Of a stretch of DNA of 64,000 nt, positions 32,308 through 42,589 are shown one piece after another. Position 1 is the first letter of the stretch. Each line of letters starts with the position of its first letter. A program made the translations under genes and the position numbers. This DNA comes from Parachlamydiales bacterium. GTDB taxonomy: Bacteria > Chlamydiota > Chlamydiia > Chlamydiales > Rhabdochlamydiaceae. Below the pieces are notes generated by a model. That model made no database searches. It was not told the DNA's origin and saw only the letters and a list, made by a program, of their open reading frames with translations. The DNA lies in the NCBI GenBank assembly GCA_027459675.1, contig DAIDHO010000006.1, positions 1,509-65,508 on the forward strand, read 5' to 3'.

Positions 32308-33939
32308 ATGGGACTGATTCGGGTTTTAGATGAAGCTACTATCAATCAGATCGCAGCGGGAGAGGTTATTGAAAACCCTGCCGCGGCGGTGAAAGAGCTG
32401 GTCGAAAATAGTCTGGATGCTGGAGCCAAAAAGATTTGGGTGCAGATCCGCGGAGGAGGTTTTCAGCTTATTCAAGTAGCAGATAATGGATGGGGAATGA
32501 GCCGCGATGATGCGGTCCTGTGCTTGGAGCGACATGCCACTTCCAAAATCAAGCGGATCGATGATTTAAATGGACTTCAATCGATGGGATTTCGAGGAGA
32601 AGCTTTAGCCTCGATTGGAGCCATCTCGCAGCTGCAGTTGGTCACAGCCCAAGAAGGTAAAGATGGGGTAGAAGTTGAAGTAGAAGGCGGGATCCTTCGG
32701 GGAGTACGTCTTGCATCCCGAGCGGGCGGCACCACGATTTCTGTCCGTTCTCTTTTTTATAATGTCCCAGCTCGGAAAAAGTTTCAAAAAATAGCCGCTG
32801 CTACTGCATCAGAGATTCATAAGCTTCTTTTGTCGCTGGCGCTCGCTCATCCCGAAGTGGGCTTTGAGCTTACTATAGGAGATGCGATGGTGTTAGCAGT
32901 GAGCCCAGAGGAAGAAGGTTCTTTTCTTTCCAAATTGGAAAGGCGTCTTGAAAAGGTTCTGGGTATTTCTTTTTTGCAAGGACGGCGCTCTCTTTTACAA
33001 GAGAGTGGTGCCTATCAAGTGTATGGGTGGCTAGGATCTCCCGCCGATGATCGAATCAATCGATCAGGACAGTATCTTTTTATCAACAAACGGGCGGTGA
33101 CTTCTCCTGTCGTAGCAGCGGCTATCAAAGCAGGATATGGACACCGGCTAGATGAGAGAAGGTATCCCATTTTTATCCTTCATCTGTCGGCTCCTCCCGC
33201 AGAAATCGATGTGAACGTCCACCCGCAGAAAAAAGAGGTCCGTTTTCAAAAAGAAGGCTGGTTAAGAGAGTTCTTGCAAAAAGCGACGCAGAGAGCGTTT
33301 CAAGAGATGCCTTCTTCCTCCGTTTCTTTCCAAGAAAGGCCTCCCCAGTTTCTTCCGCAGGTTCCACTCCGTTTTCGGGAGGATATGGAGAGAAGATCGG
33401 AGACATGGATCGAAGATCCAGAAGTCATTGGACTGTGGGGTCCGTATCTTCTTCTAGATGCTTCGACGATCAGTGGGGAGGCCGATGGAATCGTCTGGGT
33501 TCATTTGCAAAAAGCCCAAGAGGCTGTTTTGATTCGATCTCTCCAGGAGAAAGGATCGGGTGATCCAGCCGTCAGAGGTCGATCACAAGGACTTTTAATT
33601 CCCTTGCCCATTCCTGTCAATAAACAGCAACAGCAAGAATTACTAGAAAAACAATCGGTTTTGGAAGCATTAGGTTTTTCCATTGAGCCGAGTGGAAAAG
33701 ATGCTTTTCTTATCCACGCTGTTCCTTCATTTATTGAGAGTGGAGACGCAGTCGAGGCAGTGAAATTGGTCTTGGAAGGAGAGGATATCCTTCACAAGAT
33801 AGTCGCTTTTGCTGTGCGAAGAAAAAAACGATTTATGATACAAGAAGCTTTAGCACTCTGGCATCAGATCAAAAATGGGTCTCATACGGGAATCATTGCA
33901 AAAACAGGACTTTATGTCGTCGAAAATTTTTTCAAATAG
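32308..33939 (+). CDS. mutL: DNA mismatch repair protein MutL
   Basis: NQIAAGEVIE, KELVENSLDAG, HATSK, GFRGEALASI, DVNVHPQKKEV. Confidence 0.95.
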   Translation: MGLIRVLDEATINQIAAGEVIENPAAAVKELVENSLDAGAKKIWVQIRGGGFQLIQVADNGWGMSRDDAVLCLERHATSKIKRIDDLNGLQSMGFRGEALASIGAISQLQLVTAQEGKDGVEVEVEGGILRGVRLASRAGGTTISVRSLFYNVPARKKFQKIAAATASEIHKLLLSLALAHPEVGFELTIGDAMVLAVSPEEEGSFLSKLERRLEKVLGISFLQGRRSLLQESGAYQVYGWLGSPADDRINRSGQYLFINKRAVTSPVVAAAIKAGYGHRLDERRYPIFILHLSAPPAEIDVNVHPQKKEVRFQKEGWLREFLQKATQRAFQEMPSSSVSFQERPPQFLPQVPLRFREDMERRSETWIEDPEVIGLWGPYLLLDASTISGEADGIVWVHLQKAQEAVLIRSLQEKGSGDPAVRGRSQGLLIPLPIPVNKQQQQELLEKQSVLEALGFSIEPSGKDAFLIHAVPSFIESGDAVEAVKLVLEGEDILHKIVAFAVRRKKRFMIQEALALWHQIKNGSHTGIIAKTGLYVVENFFK

Positions 33940-34951
33940 AATCAAAACGGTGTTCACAGAAAACAAGGTGGAGGCTCTCATCCTCGAAAAGCCGATAGAT
34001 CTTTATTATTTGACAGGACTTCATCTTTCTTTGGGCACTCTTATCCTTTCTAAAAAAAGAGAAACGCTCTTTGTCGATGAAAGATATTTGGCATTTGCGA
34101 AAAAAAAGGGGCCGTGTCCTTGTGAGAAAACCACGCCTGAAGGGCTTGCTCGAATACTTCATCCTTTCAAAAAAATTGGATTTGATAGCAGCGCAATGTC
34201 CTTTAATCGGTGGGAAGAGCTGTCTAAACTTGTCGAAAAAGAGCTCGTTCCTCTTCAAAGGCCTACAGATAAAGCGCGTGCCATCAAAGCCACGGAGGAA
34301 ATTCAAGCTCTTAAAAAGAGTGCGGCTCTTGTATGGAAAGGATTTCAGTTTCTGAAAAAGAAGTTAAAGATGGGGATGACAGAACAACAGGCCGCTTCTA
34401 TTTTTGAAATCTATTGTCTTGAGCATGGGGCTGAAAAAATGGCTTTTGATCCGATTGTTTCGTTTGGGAAAAACACGGCTTTTCCTCATTATTCCCCCAG
34501 CAATAAGCGGCTTGAGAAAGGAGACAATGTTCTACTGGATCTAGGAGTGGTGGTTGATTGTTATCACTCTGACATGACTCGCACTTTTTTCTTCGGGAAA
34601 CCAGATCCTCGATTGATAGCTTTTGAGGCTGTTGTCAAAGAAGCACATGATGCAGCCTTGAGACTATGCCGTCCTGGAGTAAAGGTGGGTGAGCTGGATA
34701 AAGCAGCCCGTGAGGTGATTAAAAAAGCAGGCTTCAACGCCTACCTGGCTCATAGTTTAGGCCATGGAGTAGGGCTGGAGATTCACGAATTTCCTCGTTT
34801 GAAATTTGAAGGAGAAGATAGTAATGTCACTCTCCAAGAAGGCATGGTGGTCACCATTGAGCCTGGACTCTACTGGCCTGGCGTAGGGGGCTGGCGCTAT
34901 GAAGATACGATCTTGATTACAAAGAGGGGCTATGAAAACTGGTATCCGTAA
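33914..34951 (+). CDS. pepP: Xaa-Pro aminopeptidase (M24 family)
   Basis: SDMTRT, HSLGHGVGLEIHE, TIEPGLY, RYED; likely ATG at 33914. Confidence 0.9.
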   Translation: MSSKIFSNRIKTVFTENKVEALILEKPIDLYYLTGLHLSLGTLILSKKRETLFVDERYLAFAKKKGPCPCEKTTPEGLARILHPFKKIGFDSSAMSFNRWEELSKLVEKELVPLQRPTDKARAIKATEEIQALKKSAALVWKGFQFLKKKLKMGMTEQQAASIFEIYCLEHGAEKMAFDPIVSFGKNTAFPHYSPSNKRLEKGDNVLLDLGVVVDCYHSDMTRTFFFGKPDPRLIAFEAVVKEAHDAALRLCRPGVKVGELDKAAREVIKKAGFNAYLAHSLGHGVGLEIHEFPRLKFEGEDSNVTLQEGMVVTIEPGLYWPGVGGWRYEDTILITKRGYENWYP

Positions 34952-34979
34952 AGCCAACTGCATCCCAAGGGCTAAAATA

Positions 34980-35074
34980 TAGACCTCCTGCCTAACTAAA
35001 GTCGAAAGGAGAATTGAAAATAGGCTCAAAAAGTCCATAAAATCGATTGAACTTTGGCTTAAGCAAGAGGTCTA
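34980..35074. mobile_element. Long form (95 bp) of the palindrome/MITE family
   Basis: TAGACCTCCTGCCTAACTAAAG...core...CTTTGGCTTAAGCAAGAGGTCTA. Confidence 0.85.
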
Positions 35075-35087
35075 ATAAAGTCTTTTC

Positions 35088-36203
35088 ATGAAAATGAGTG
35101 TTATCATTATATTTTTCCTATCCATAGGATGGATCTTTTATCAGCTGAGCAAATCGTTACGACAAAGGTTGAATGAAAAACACGAACAAGAATCGATTTT
35201 TGATTCTCTCATTGAAGGAGTTGTCGTTCAGGATGAGGAAGGGATTATTCGTTATGCGAATCCAGCATTTGCCAAGATTGTAGGCCTAAGACGTCGTCAG
35301 CTGTTGGGTCAGCGGATGACTTCTCTTGAGGTGGCTCACAAAGCACTTTTGGATCGGTGCTGGGGCCTGATTAAATTAGCTCAAGCGCAAGGAACGATTG
35401 TCACTGATTCGATCGCTTTAGAAGAAAAACTATTTTTAGATTTAATTGTAGTTCCTAAATCGTTAAAGCGGGGAGCTGCAGTGGTCATTCAGGATAAATC
35501 GAGTGAGCGGCAAGTCGTTCAGATGGGTAAAGAATTTATCTCCAATGCGGCGCATGAGCTGCGTACTCCGATCACAATCATTCAAGGTTTTGCAGAGATG
35601 CTCCGAGATTTAAAAATGATCTCCCCTTCTATGCTTGCAGAAATCACAGAGAAGATCATACGCAATTGCGAGAGAATGAATACCCTGGTTAAAAACCTTC
35701 TAACCCTAGCTGATCTCGAAAATATTCCCAAAAGCCGTTTTCAGCCGTGTGATCTGATCTCTTTAGCAGATAATTGTAAACATATTCTGGAAGCCCGTTC
35801 CTTAGAAACCACTATTCTTCTTAAAAAAACACAAGAGAGTTTAACAGTTGATGCTGATCCCGATCTTCTAGAGCTTGCTTTCATGAATCTCCTCGAAAAC
35901 GGTGTTAAATATTCTAAAACTCCCTCTCATTTAACCATTCATATCTTTGAAAAAGAAAGCGCTATCTTCGTGGAATTTCAAGATCAAGGAATGGGTATTC
36001 CCGCAGACGATCTCCCTCACATTTTTGAGCGTTTTTATACTGTTAATAAAGCTCATTCTCGCCGGTTAGGGGGAGCGGGACTGGGACTTTCTATTGTAAA
36101 AACAATCATGGATAAACACGAGGGAGCCGTTTCTGTGGCCTCTGAATATGGAAAAGGAACGACCTTTACTCTGACATTTCAAAAAAAAAATTGTATTTTT
36201 TAA
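35088..36203 (+). CDS. PAS-domain sensor histidine kinase (PhoR-like)
   Basis: H-box AHELRTP; N-box NLLENGVKY; DQGMGI; IFERFY; GAGLGLSI. Confidence 0.93.
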   Translation: MKMSVIIIFFLSIGWIFYQLSKSLRQRLNEKHEQESIFDSLIEGVVVQDEEGIIRYANPAFAKIVGLRRRQLLGQRMTSLEVAHKALLDRCWGLIKLAQAQGTIVTDSIALEEKLFLDLIVVPKSLKRGAAVVIQDKSSERQVVQMGKEFISNAAHELRTPITIIQGFAEMLRDLKMISPSMLAEITEKIIRNCERMNTLVKNLLTLADLENIPKSRFQPCDLISLADNCKHILEARSLETTILLKKTQESLTVDADPDLLELAFMNLLENGVKYSKTPSHLTIHIFEKESAIFVEFQDQGMGIPADDLPHIFERFYTVNKAHSRRLGGAGLGLSIVKTIMDKHEGAVSVASEYGKGTTFTLTFQKKNCIF

Positions 36204-36272
36204 GCTTGAAAACTTTCTTAATTTTGTGTTAAAATTTTTTCACTCAAAGAGAGGTTTCATTTAAAGGAATAT

Positions 36273-37031
36273 ATGTTAGGTTTGCCTAGTTTATCAGAAG
36301 TTTTTCCCATCATTCTTCAAGATTTAAATAATAACCGATGGAGGTGGATTGATCTTGCTAGAGCACATATTGAAGGAATAGAGGTAGCGGAAGATCTTTC
36401 AAAAACATATAATATTGACCCCCAACGGAATGAAGATGAAACAGAAGAATATAGAGCGGCTTTGGGGAAATTTGTGAGTCTTTTCCTGGAAATTAAAGAT
36501 TTGATGCGACGTGCTGGGGAGTTAGAATGTTATACGAAAAATTCTGTTTTTAACAAAAGCGTTAAATGGATAGGAAGAGGCACAGCGTTGCTAGGTGTGG
36601 CGCCAATTTATTCCTCTTTAGAATTCGTAATCAAAGAAGCAGTGGATGAGATTCATAGCTTATTCCCAGCTATTTGCAAGAATGTGGCCTGGCTATGTGT
36701 GGGTCTCCCTTTAAAAAAAATCTTAGCCGCAGAACATGCGATTTTAGGGGAGAACCCATTCACAACCATTTGTAAAGGTATAGCCTTTACCCATATTATA
36801 ATCGTAGCCTATGAGTTTCAGAAAAGTCCCATGCAATCCGTTTCCTTCGCAATTTCCGCAGTGGTGAAAGGGTATCTAGAGAGCAGAAAGTCTCAACACC
36901 CTAATTTAGAAAGTTGTTTTACATGGATTAATTTGGCCTCTCATTTGAATAGAGTTTGGAATGGAAGAATGCTAGAAAAAATTTCAAGCTTATATATTTT
37001 GTACATTCATTCCCCCTTCTATCGTGAGTAA
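36273..37031 (+). CDS. AT-rich orphan hypothetical protein with hydrophobic segments
   Basis: 252-aa ORF, SD AAGGA, no recognisable motif. Confidence 0.6.
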   Translation: MLGLPSLSEVFPIILQDLNNNRWRWIDLARAHIEGIEVAEDLSKTYNIDPQRNEDETEEYRAALGKFVSLFLEIKDLMRRAGELECYTKNSVFNKSVKWIGRGTALLGVAPIYSSLEFVIKEAVDEIHSLFPAICKNVAWLCVGLPLKKILAAEHAILGENPFTTICKGIAFTHIIIVAYEFQKSPMQSVSFAISAVVKGYLESRKSQHPNLESCFTWINLASHLNRVWNGRMLEKISSLYILYIHSPFYRE

Positions 37032-37058
37032 TTTTTTCGTAAAGCCTCTCCTCGAGAA

Positions 37059-37086
37059 TAGACCTCTTGCTTAAGCTAAAGGTCTA
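37059..37086. repeat. 28-bp quasi-palindrome family copy (consensus)
   Basis: TAGACCTCTTGCTTAAGCTAAAGGTCTA between convergent genes. Confidence 0.92.
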
Positions 37087-37090
37087 GTTT

Positions 37091-37918
37091 TCAAATACAA
37101 TTGAAAGTACAAAGTCTCACATCCTCAATGGAATGACCTAAAAATTGAGGACCTAGTCGTTTAAATTTATCGGGGTCATCGGTCACATAAAAAAGAGCAT
37201 CTGCAAGCTTTTTTTCAGTCGTTAAAAGGTTCAGATCCAAAAGAAGTTTTTTGGCGGCTTTTGCAGTGGCGTAGGCTGGATCGATCACGTGGATACCAGG
37301 CCCTAGCGCTTGTTCAATGAGGTTTTGAATGAGAGGAAAATGGGTACACGCAAGTATAACAGTATCCACTTGCGCAATGAGAAGGGGTCGTACATATTCT
37401 TGAATACTTAAGCGTGTGATGGGATGATCGATAAACCCTTCTTCCACAAGAGAGACGAGGAGCGGAGAGGCAATGGCTGTAATTTGAGCGTGGGGAAGAT
37501 ACCGCTCAATTTTCTTCTGATAAACCCCTGATTTAACTGTAGCGCGTGTACCCAAAATGCCAATACGTCCTGAAGGGGAGGTTTGAATCACTTTTCCAAT
37601 GATAGGATCGATCACTCCCAGCAGCGGGATAGAGAAGAAATCTGCTAAGTAGTCTAGAGCAATGGATGTAGCGGTATTGCAGGCAATAACGATCAGTTTT
37701 ACTCCTTGATCGATAAGAAAAGAGCAACTCTCTTGGGTATAGCGAAGAATAGTTTCTTGACTTTTTGTTCCATAAGGCAAACGGGCGGTATCGCCTAAGT
37801 AAATAAGGGTTTCATAAGGAAGTGCCTTCCCCAGCTCTTTAAGAACTGTCAGCCCTCCAAAGCCTGAATCAAACACACCAATAGCTGTAGGAGGGCCTTT
37901 AGTGGGAGGGAATTGCAA
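37091..37918 (-). CDS. murI: Glutamate racemase
   Basis: [32 protein letters not shown]. Confidence 0.95.
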   Translation of the reverse strand: MQFPPTKGPPTAIGVFDSGFGGLTVLKELGKALPYETLIYLGDTARLPYGTKSQETILRYTQESCSFLIDQGVKLIVIACNTATSIALDYLADFFSIPLLGVIDPIIGKVIQTSPSGRIGILGTRATVKSGVYQKKIERYLPHAQITAIASPLLVSLVEEGFIDHPITRLSIQEYVRPLLIAQVDTVILACTHFPLIQNLIEQALGPGIHVIDPAYATAKAAKKLLLDLNLLTTEKKLADALFYVTDDPDKFKRLGPQFLGHSIEDVRLCTFNCI

Positions 37919-38468
37919 GCTCTTGACCTACCACGATTTTATCAGAGGAAAGGTTATTGGCTCGTTTAAGATCATCCACAGAAATCTGGAATTTCCGCGC
38001 GATCTTTTCTAGCGAGTCGCCTGGTTTGACTTGATAGGAGGAGGAAGGGCTCTCTACGCGTATTTTGGAAAGCTGTGACAGAGTCGAGCGGAGCTTAGCA
38101 ATTTCATCTAATTTGCTATCGATGGCAGCGATTTGCTCGCGGTAGATGTTTAAAGTAGCAGACGTTTGAGAGAAGAAACTTGATATCTTCTCGAGATTTT
38201 TTTCAAGAAGCACAATTCTTCTTTTCAAATCTGAGGATTCCTCTGTTTTTGATGCGGCCTGCGATTGGAGCAGGGAGCCTTCAGCCGATTCCAAACGTTC
38301 TTCAAGAAGTTTCACTTCAATTTCTGTACCATGAAGTGCATGCTTAAGATCGGCAATCTCCATGCGTAAGTCATGGATGTCGGAGTCTTGACTGCCGCGA
38401 AGCGCTGCGAAAGTAGATGTGCACCCAACTAGGAGAAGGATGCACAAGGAGAGCCCAACAACTTGCAT
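37899..38468 (-). CDS. LysM-domain coiled-coil lipoprotein
   Basis: Lipobox LVGC; coiled coil; [16 protein letters not shown]. Confidence 0.88.
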   Translation of the reverse strand: MQVVGLSLCILLLVGCTSTFAALRGSQDSDIHDLRMEIADLKHALHGTEIEVKLLEERLESAEGSLLQSQAASKTEESSDLKRRIVLLEKNLEKISSFFSQTSATLNIYREQIAAIDSKLDEIAKLRSTLSQLSKIRVESPSSSYQVKPGDSLEKIARKFQISVDDLKRANNLSSDKIVVGQELAIPSH

Positions 38469-39121
38469 TATTCTCCTTGAGTATAAACGCGGAAGTGAGC
38501 TCGTCTATTTTTGGCCCATGCAGTGGGGTTATGCTCGAGGGCAAAGGGGTGTTCTTTCCCTAGAGAAACAGTGTGGATTTGGTCCGGTTTGACACCCTCT
38601 TTAATCAGAAGAGAACGGACATAACTTGCGCGCCGTGTTCCTAGAGCTAAATTATAGGCTTCAGGTCCTCTTTCATCACAGTGTCCTTCTACGATGATGT
38701 AGGTTTTAGGGTGGGCTTTGAGGTAGGCCGCAGCACGATAGAGCATATGCATGTCTTCTTTATTTTTGAGCACATGCTCATCAGTGTTGAAAAAGACAGG
38801 AGCAAAAATAGACGCGAGTTCTCCACGGGGGTGTTCAAATTGTTCCACACTCGGCATCCCTTGCTCGCCTAAATCTTTACTAGGGGCGTGAGAGACGGTG
38901 TCTGTGAATTGATTCTTGAGATCATCCTCATTTAAAGGAACGAATTCTTCATCGACAGGTCCTCCATCTTTGGAGGGATCCCAGAGAGCAGCAGTGTTAT
39001 TATTTTGCTTATATTTTGCCCCAGTTTGATTATCATCCCAGATATTGCCTGATTTTTTTTGGCAACTTGTCGTGAGAAATGTGCAAAAAGCGAGCAAGCA
39101 CACATGTATCATTGTTTTCAT
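38468..39121 (-). CDS. pal: Peptidoglycan-associated lipoprotein
   Basis: Lipobox TTSC; [19 protein letters not shown]; KNRRAHF. Confidence 0.93.
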   Translation of the reverse strand: MKTMIHVCLLAFCTFLTTSCQKKSGNIWDDNQTGAKYKQNNNTAALWDPSKDGGPVDEEFVPLNEDDLKNQFTDTVSHAPSKDLGEQGMPSVEQFEHPRGELASIFAPVFFNTDEHVLKNKEDMHMLYRAAAYLKAHPKTYIIVEGHCDERGPEAYNLALGTRRASYVRSLLIKEGVKPDQIHTVSLGKEHPFALEHNPTAWAKNRRAHFRVYTQGE

Positions 39122-39134
39122 ATATTTCCTCTTA

Positions 39135-40478
39135 CTATTTTGTTCCCCATGAAGGGTAATGTTTTACTCCAGGCCCGTTCGTAATTTTAACCACATCGGG
39201 TTGGTTCAAATTCACCAAGTAAAGCTCCGAGACATGCCCATCGGTTGAGTTAAAAACCAGATGTTGGCTGTCCGAAGCCCATGATGGATTTTCTTTATTG
39301 CCTGTGCCATCGGTAAGTTGCCACTCTTCTCCCGTCTCTAAGTCATAAATCCATATCTGCCGGGTACCTTTTGTTTTAGCACTGTAGGCTATTTTCTTTC
39401 CATCCGGTGACCAAGAAGGACACGAATTTTCTAGATTTTTCTTAGACAGTAGAGTGGGGGTTGCTCTTTTGGTATGGGCGATAGCAGGCAAAAGATAGAT
39501 TCGAGGAGAACCATCTTTGTCGGAGACGAACGCTATATTGGATCCATCCGGGCTGAAGGTAGGAGAAGCCTGTGTTGAGCGGGGGTAAGAGAAAAGCTGA
39601 ACGGGTTTACCCATCTGCCCTGTTTGGGGATCGAGCTGTTGCATAAATAAATCGGTTCGTCCTGAGACGTCGCAGATAAAGGAGATTTTATCCCGTTTGG
39701 AGGAAATAGCAGGTAAAAGTTGATTGCCGCCTAGATCAATGAGTCGCGTGCTGCTTCCATCCACGAGCGATCCAATGAAAATTTTCGACTTCCCTTGCTT
39801 ATAAGAGACGTATAAAAAGCGGTCATTGGAGTAGGTAGAGCTAGGGGGGATAAAGACAGGAGTCACGCATAAATTGTTATCGTGGGTTAGTTGCCTGGGA
39901 TTTGCCCCGTCCCAATCACAACACCAAATTTCGGATATAAATCGATCGCCGTGCTTCTGTTTGAGAGAATAAATCAACTTAGTGCTCGCCACCCCTTCTT
40001 TCCCGAAAAGCAATTTAAAGATGGCATCGGCCAATCGGTGGATACTTTTTCTGTCCTTAGCAAGGGTGCCTGTCAGGGGAAGTGGAGGAAAGTGTTTGAG
40101 AAGGCCGGTTTGTATCGAGAAACAACAGACGGAGAGAGCTTTATTTTGCACTTCACTTTTAATCACATACGCGATGCCCCAGCTTTTCCAAGGTGCTGCT
40201 TTGAGAGGTCCTGAACGGAGGGCATTTTCTCGATCGGCTTGGGGAAGAGCGACACGCGTGGCGCCGTTATAATTGAAATCAAAGGCGAAAACGGCAAAAA
40301 GCTCGTTTAAATAATTTTCTTCCAATGACAGATCTGAACAGACGGGCCTTCCTAAATAAAGGGGTTGAAGAGGGCTGGTCGTGCTCAAATAGATGCGAAT
40401 CTCTTCTTCATGCGGGGCACCATATGCCATAAGGGACGCCACCAACACCATTAAAAGAAAGAACAAATTAGATTTCAT
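39135..40478 (-). CDS. tolB: Tol-Pal system beta-propeller protein
   Basis: PD40 repeats (PTFSPDG, PSWSPDG, NPSW); operon context. Confidence 0.93.
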   Translation of the reverse strand: MKSNLFFLLMVLVASLMAYGAPHEEEIRIYLSTTSPLQPLYLGRPVCSDLSLEENYLNELFAVFAFDFNYNGATRVALPQADRENALRSGPLKAAPWKSWGIAYVIKSEVQNKALSVCCFSIQTGLLKHFPPLPLTGTLAKDRKSIHRLADAIFKLLFGKEGVASTKLIYSLKQKHGDRFISEIWCCDWDGANPRQLTHDNNLCVTPVFIPPSSTYSNDRFLYVSYKQGKSKIFIGSLVDGSSTRLIDLGGNQLLPAISSKRDKISFICDVSGRTDLFMQQLDPQTGQMGKPVQLFSYPRSTQASPTFSPDGSNIAFVSDKDGSPRIYLLPAIAHTKRATPTLLSKKNLENSCPSWSPDGKKIAYSAKTKGTRQIWIYDLETGEEWQLTDGTGNKENPSWASDSQHLVFNSTDGHVSELYLVNLNQPDVVKITNGPGVKHYPSWGTK

Positions 40479-41187
40479 TGCAAAAGGTTATTGTCCATAT
40501 TTTTTCTTGGTCCAACTGCAGCGGTAGCTGAAGAAGAGGAAGGTGTTCTTGTAAGTACAACTTATTCTTCTGGCTTTCAGCATGTAAGACGACCACTTTA
40601 GCTATGACCCCATCTTTTCGTACTGTGATTGCGATTCTCACCTCTCCCACTTCCGGCAGATGAAGCGTGTCATGTAAAAATCCCATCACGTCTAATAAAG
40701 CCCTCTTCTCTTCCTGTGTATTTTCTTCAGAGTCGTGCTCATCTAAAAATTTCAACGGTTTAGGAAGAGCGGGCAAAGGTTTGGAAATAGGATAGCTTTT
40801 CTCTTCAATTTTGGCGAGTGCTTGATCGATTTCATTCCAAATTTTTTTCTGGGCACCATCTGAAGGTGGAGTTTCTATTTTTTTCTTCGAGGGTTTTTCT
40901 TTCTGAAGAACCCCAGGTTTAGGAATAGATTTAGGAGAAGTCACTTGCTTTTTTATAGCGGGCTGCGGAGCGGAGGTTTTTTTAGGGGGGGGGGGAGGAA
41001 TTTGTTGAATCACAGATTTCTGCACTTTCTTTTGAGGTGGTGAGAGGGGAGAATGTGCGATGGGATGGAAAGTACGGACTTTCATGGGAGAGGTACTTTT
41101 AACAGAGGTACGAGGAGGATTAAATAATAAAAATGTAATAAATAACAAATGAAATGAAATAACAATCGAAGTGATACGTTTATGCAT
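40468..41187 (-). CDS. TolA/TonB-like Pro/Lys-rich energy transducer
   Basis: TM with S..FH motif, Pro/Lys-rich linker, C-terminal domain; lies between tolR and tolB. Confidence 0.75.
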   Translation of the reverse strand: MHKRITSIVISFHLLFITFLLFNPPRTSVKSTSPMKVRTFHPIAHSPLSPPQKKVQKSVIQQIPPPPPKKTSAPQPAIKKQVTSPKSIPKPGVLQKEKPSKKKIETPPSDGAQKKIWNEIDQALAKIEEKSYPISKPLPALPKPLKFLDEHDSEENTQEEKRALLDVMGFLHDTLHLPEVGEVRIAITVRKDGVIAKVVVLHAESQKNKLYLQEHLPLLQLPLQLDQEKIWTITFCNEI

Positions 41188-41209
41188 TATATTAAGTCTA
41201 ATGTGTGTA

Positions 41210-41623
41210 TTAGCTGGGCTTTAAAATTACATCCATTTGTTCATAGCCGGCCACTTCAACGGCATTTTTTACGGTTTGGTAGGTACCAAAAGTGGCTCTT
41301 TTGTCTTGAAAAAGCTGAGGGATACGATGGCCTGCTTTTTTACGAGCCTCTCTTAGAAGAGAGACCAGTTGTTCAGGGCTCACGACCCGCCCGCCAAACC
41401 AAATCGTATTATCGTGTTTGACGTGGATCGTTACTGCACTTGACTCGGGAGCGGTGCTTCCCTGTTTTGTAGGAGCAGCCTGGGCAAGTTCTACGTGGTC
41501 CAGCTCGAGCATGGGTGCAATAATAATAAAAATAATCAAAACCACGAAGACCACATCGATCAGAGGAGTGAGGTTGATTTCAGCTTCGGGCAGCCCTTGT
41601 TCGTTTCGAGAAGAGTGTCTCAT
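41210..41623 (-). CDS. tolR: TolR/ExbD
   Basis: EINLTPLIDVVFVVLIIFII. Confidence 0.9.
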   Translation of the reverse strand: MRHSSRNEQGLPEAEINLTPLIDVVFVVLIIFIIIAPMLELDHVELAQAAPTKQGSTAPESSAVTIHVKHDNTIWFGGRVVSPEQLVSLLREARKKAGHRIPQLFQDKRATFGTYQTVKNAVEVAGYEQMDVILKPS

Positions 41624-42372
41624 TCGACTTTCCGATACTGCAGTTCAATCTGAGAAATCAGGGCTGTGAGAAAATCCTGCATATCCGAGGTGTAATTTTT
41701 TAAGTGGTTTTTAAGGTAATTATAGGATACAAGAGCAGGGATCGCAATGAGCAGCCCCAGCACTGTTGTGGCAAGTGCTGTTGAAAGACCTCCTAAAACA
41801 GAGATATTGGATCCCATCCCTCCTCCATCATGGAGTCCAGAGAAAGTTACCAAAATTCCCCAAACGGTTCCCAATAGGCCTAAAAAGGGGCCCAAAGCGA
41901 CAATCGTGGATAAAACATATAGATTTTTTTCGAGTGATTTATGCTGTGAGGAGATGGTGGCAGCAACGTGATACTCTAAAAGCTCTAGGTCTGCAGGAGT
42001 TAAATAGGTCGCCCCTTTGGAAGGGGAGGCTTGTGTCGTGAAGTACCGATTTTTATTGAGCATTTCAATCGTTTTTCCTTTGAAGGTTTGAAAGATTTCC
42101 CCAAAGGGATGGGGCGCTGCTTCATTTTTAGGAAGAGGGAGTAGGGAAAGATCGAGGGTGAGCAAAGAGGTTCTTTGATGCCCTGTTTGTTCCAGAAGGG
42201 CTAATTGAAAAGACTCTGAAAGTCGTTTGACTTGTCTGAGCGTCCACATTTTATGGAGCAGCACGATCCAACAAACCATAGAAAGTGCTACTAAACTTAA
42301 AATAATCAATTTACCAAAAAAATCGGATTGTGAATACGCCACCACAAACGCGTTCATCGAAGCAACCATCAT
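41620..42372 (-). CDS. tolQ: TolQ/ExbB proton channel
   Basis: PFLGLLGTVWGI; ALATTVLGLLIAIPA. Confidence 0.9.
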   Translation of the reverse strand: MMVASMNAFVVAYSQSDFFGKLIILSLVALSMVCWIVLLHKMWTLRQVKRLSESFQLALLEQTGHQRTSLLTLDLSLLPLPKNEAAPHPFGEIFQTFKGKTIEMLNKNRYFTTQASPSKGATYLTPADLELLEYHVAATISSQHKSLEKNLYVLSTIVALGPFLGLLGTVWGILVTFSGLHDGGGMGSNISVLGGLSTALATTVLGLLIAIPALVSYNYLKNHLKNYTSDMQDFLTALISQIELQYRKVE

Positions 42373-42510
42373 ATATAAACCTTATTCCTTATCTTATACA
42401 CCTGCCACCTTATTTTATCATTAAAGCGAAAAAATCTAGCAAGCAATTGTAGGGTCCATTTATTCTTTGTAGAATAGATAAGCGTTTATAGGTTCTTTAA
42501 GGTTTTATAT

Positions 42511-42538
42511 TAGACCTTTAGCTTAAGCAAGAGGTCTC
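42511..42538. repeat. 28-bp quasi-palindrome family copy
   Basis: TAGACCTTTAGCTTAAGCAAGAGGTCTC. Confidence 0.9.
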
Positions 42539-42589
42539 GTACCTGCATTTGTAAAGATGATGATTGCATAAACAAATGAGGATAGAGGG

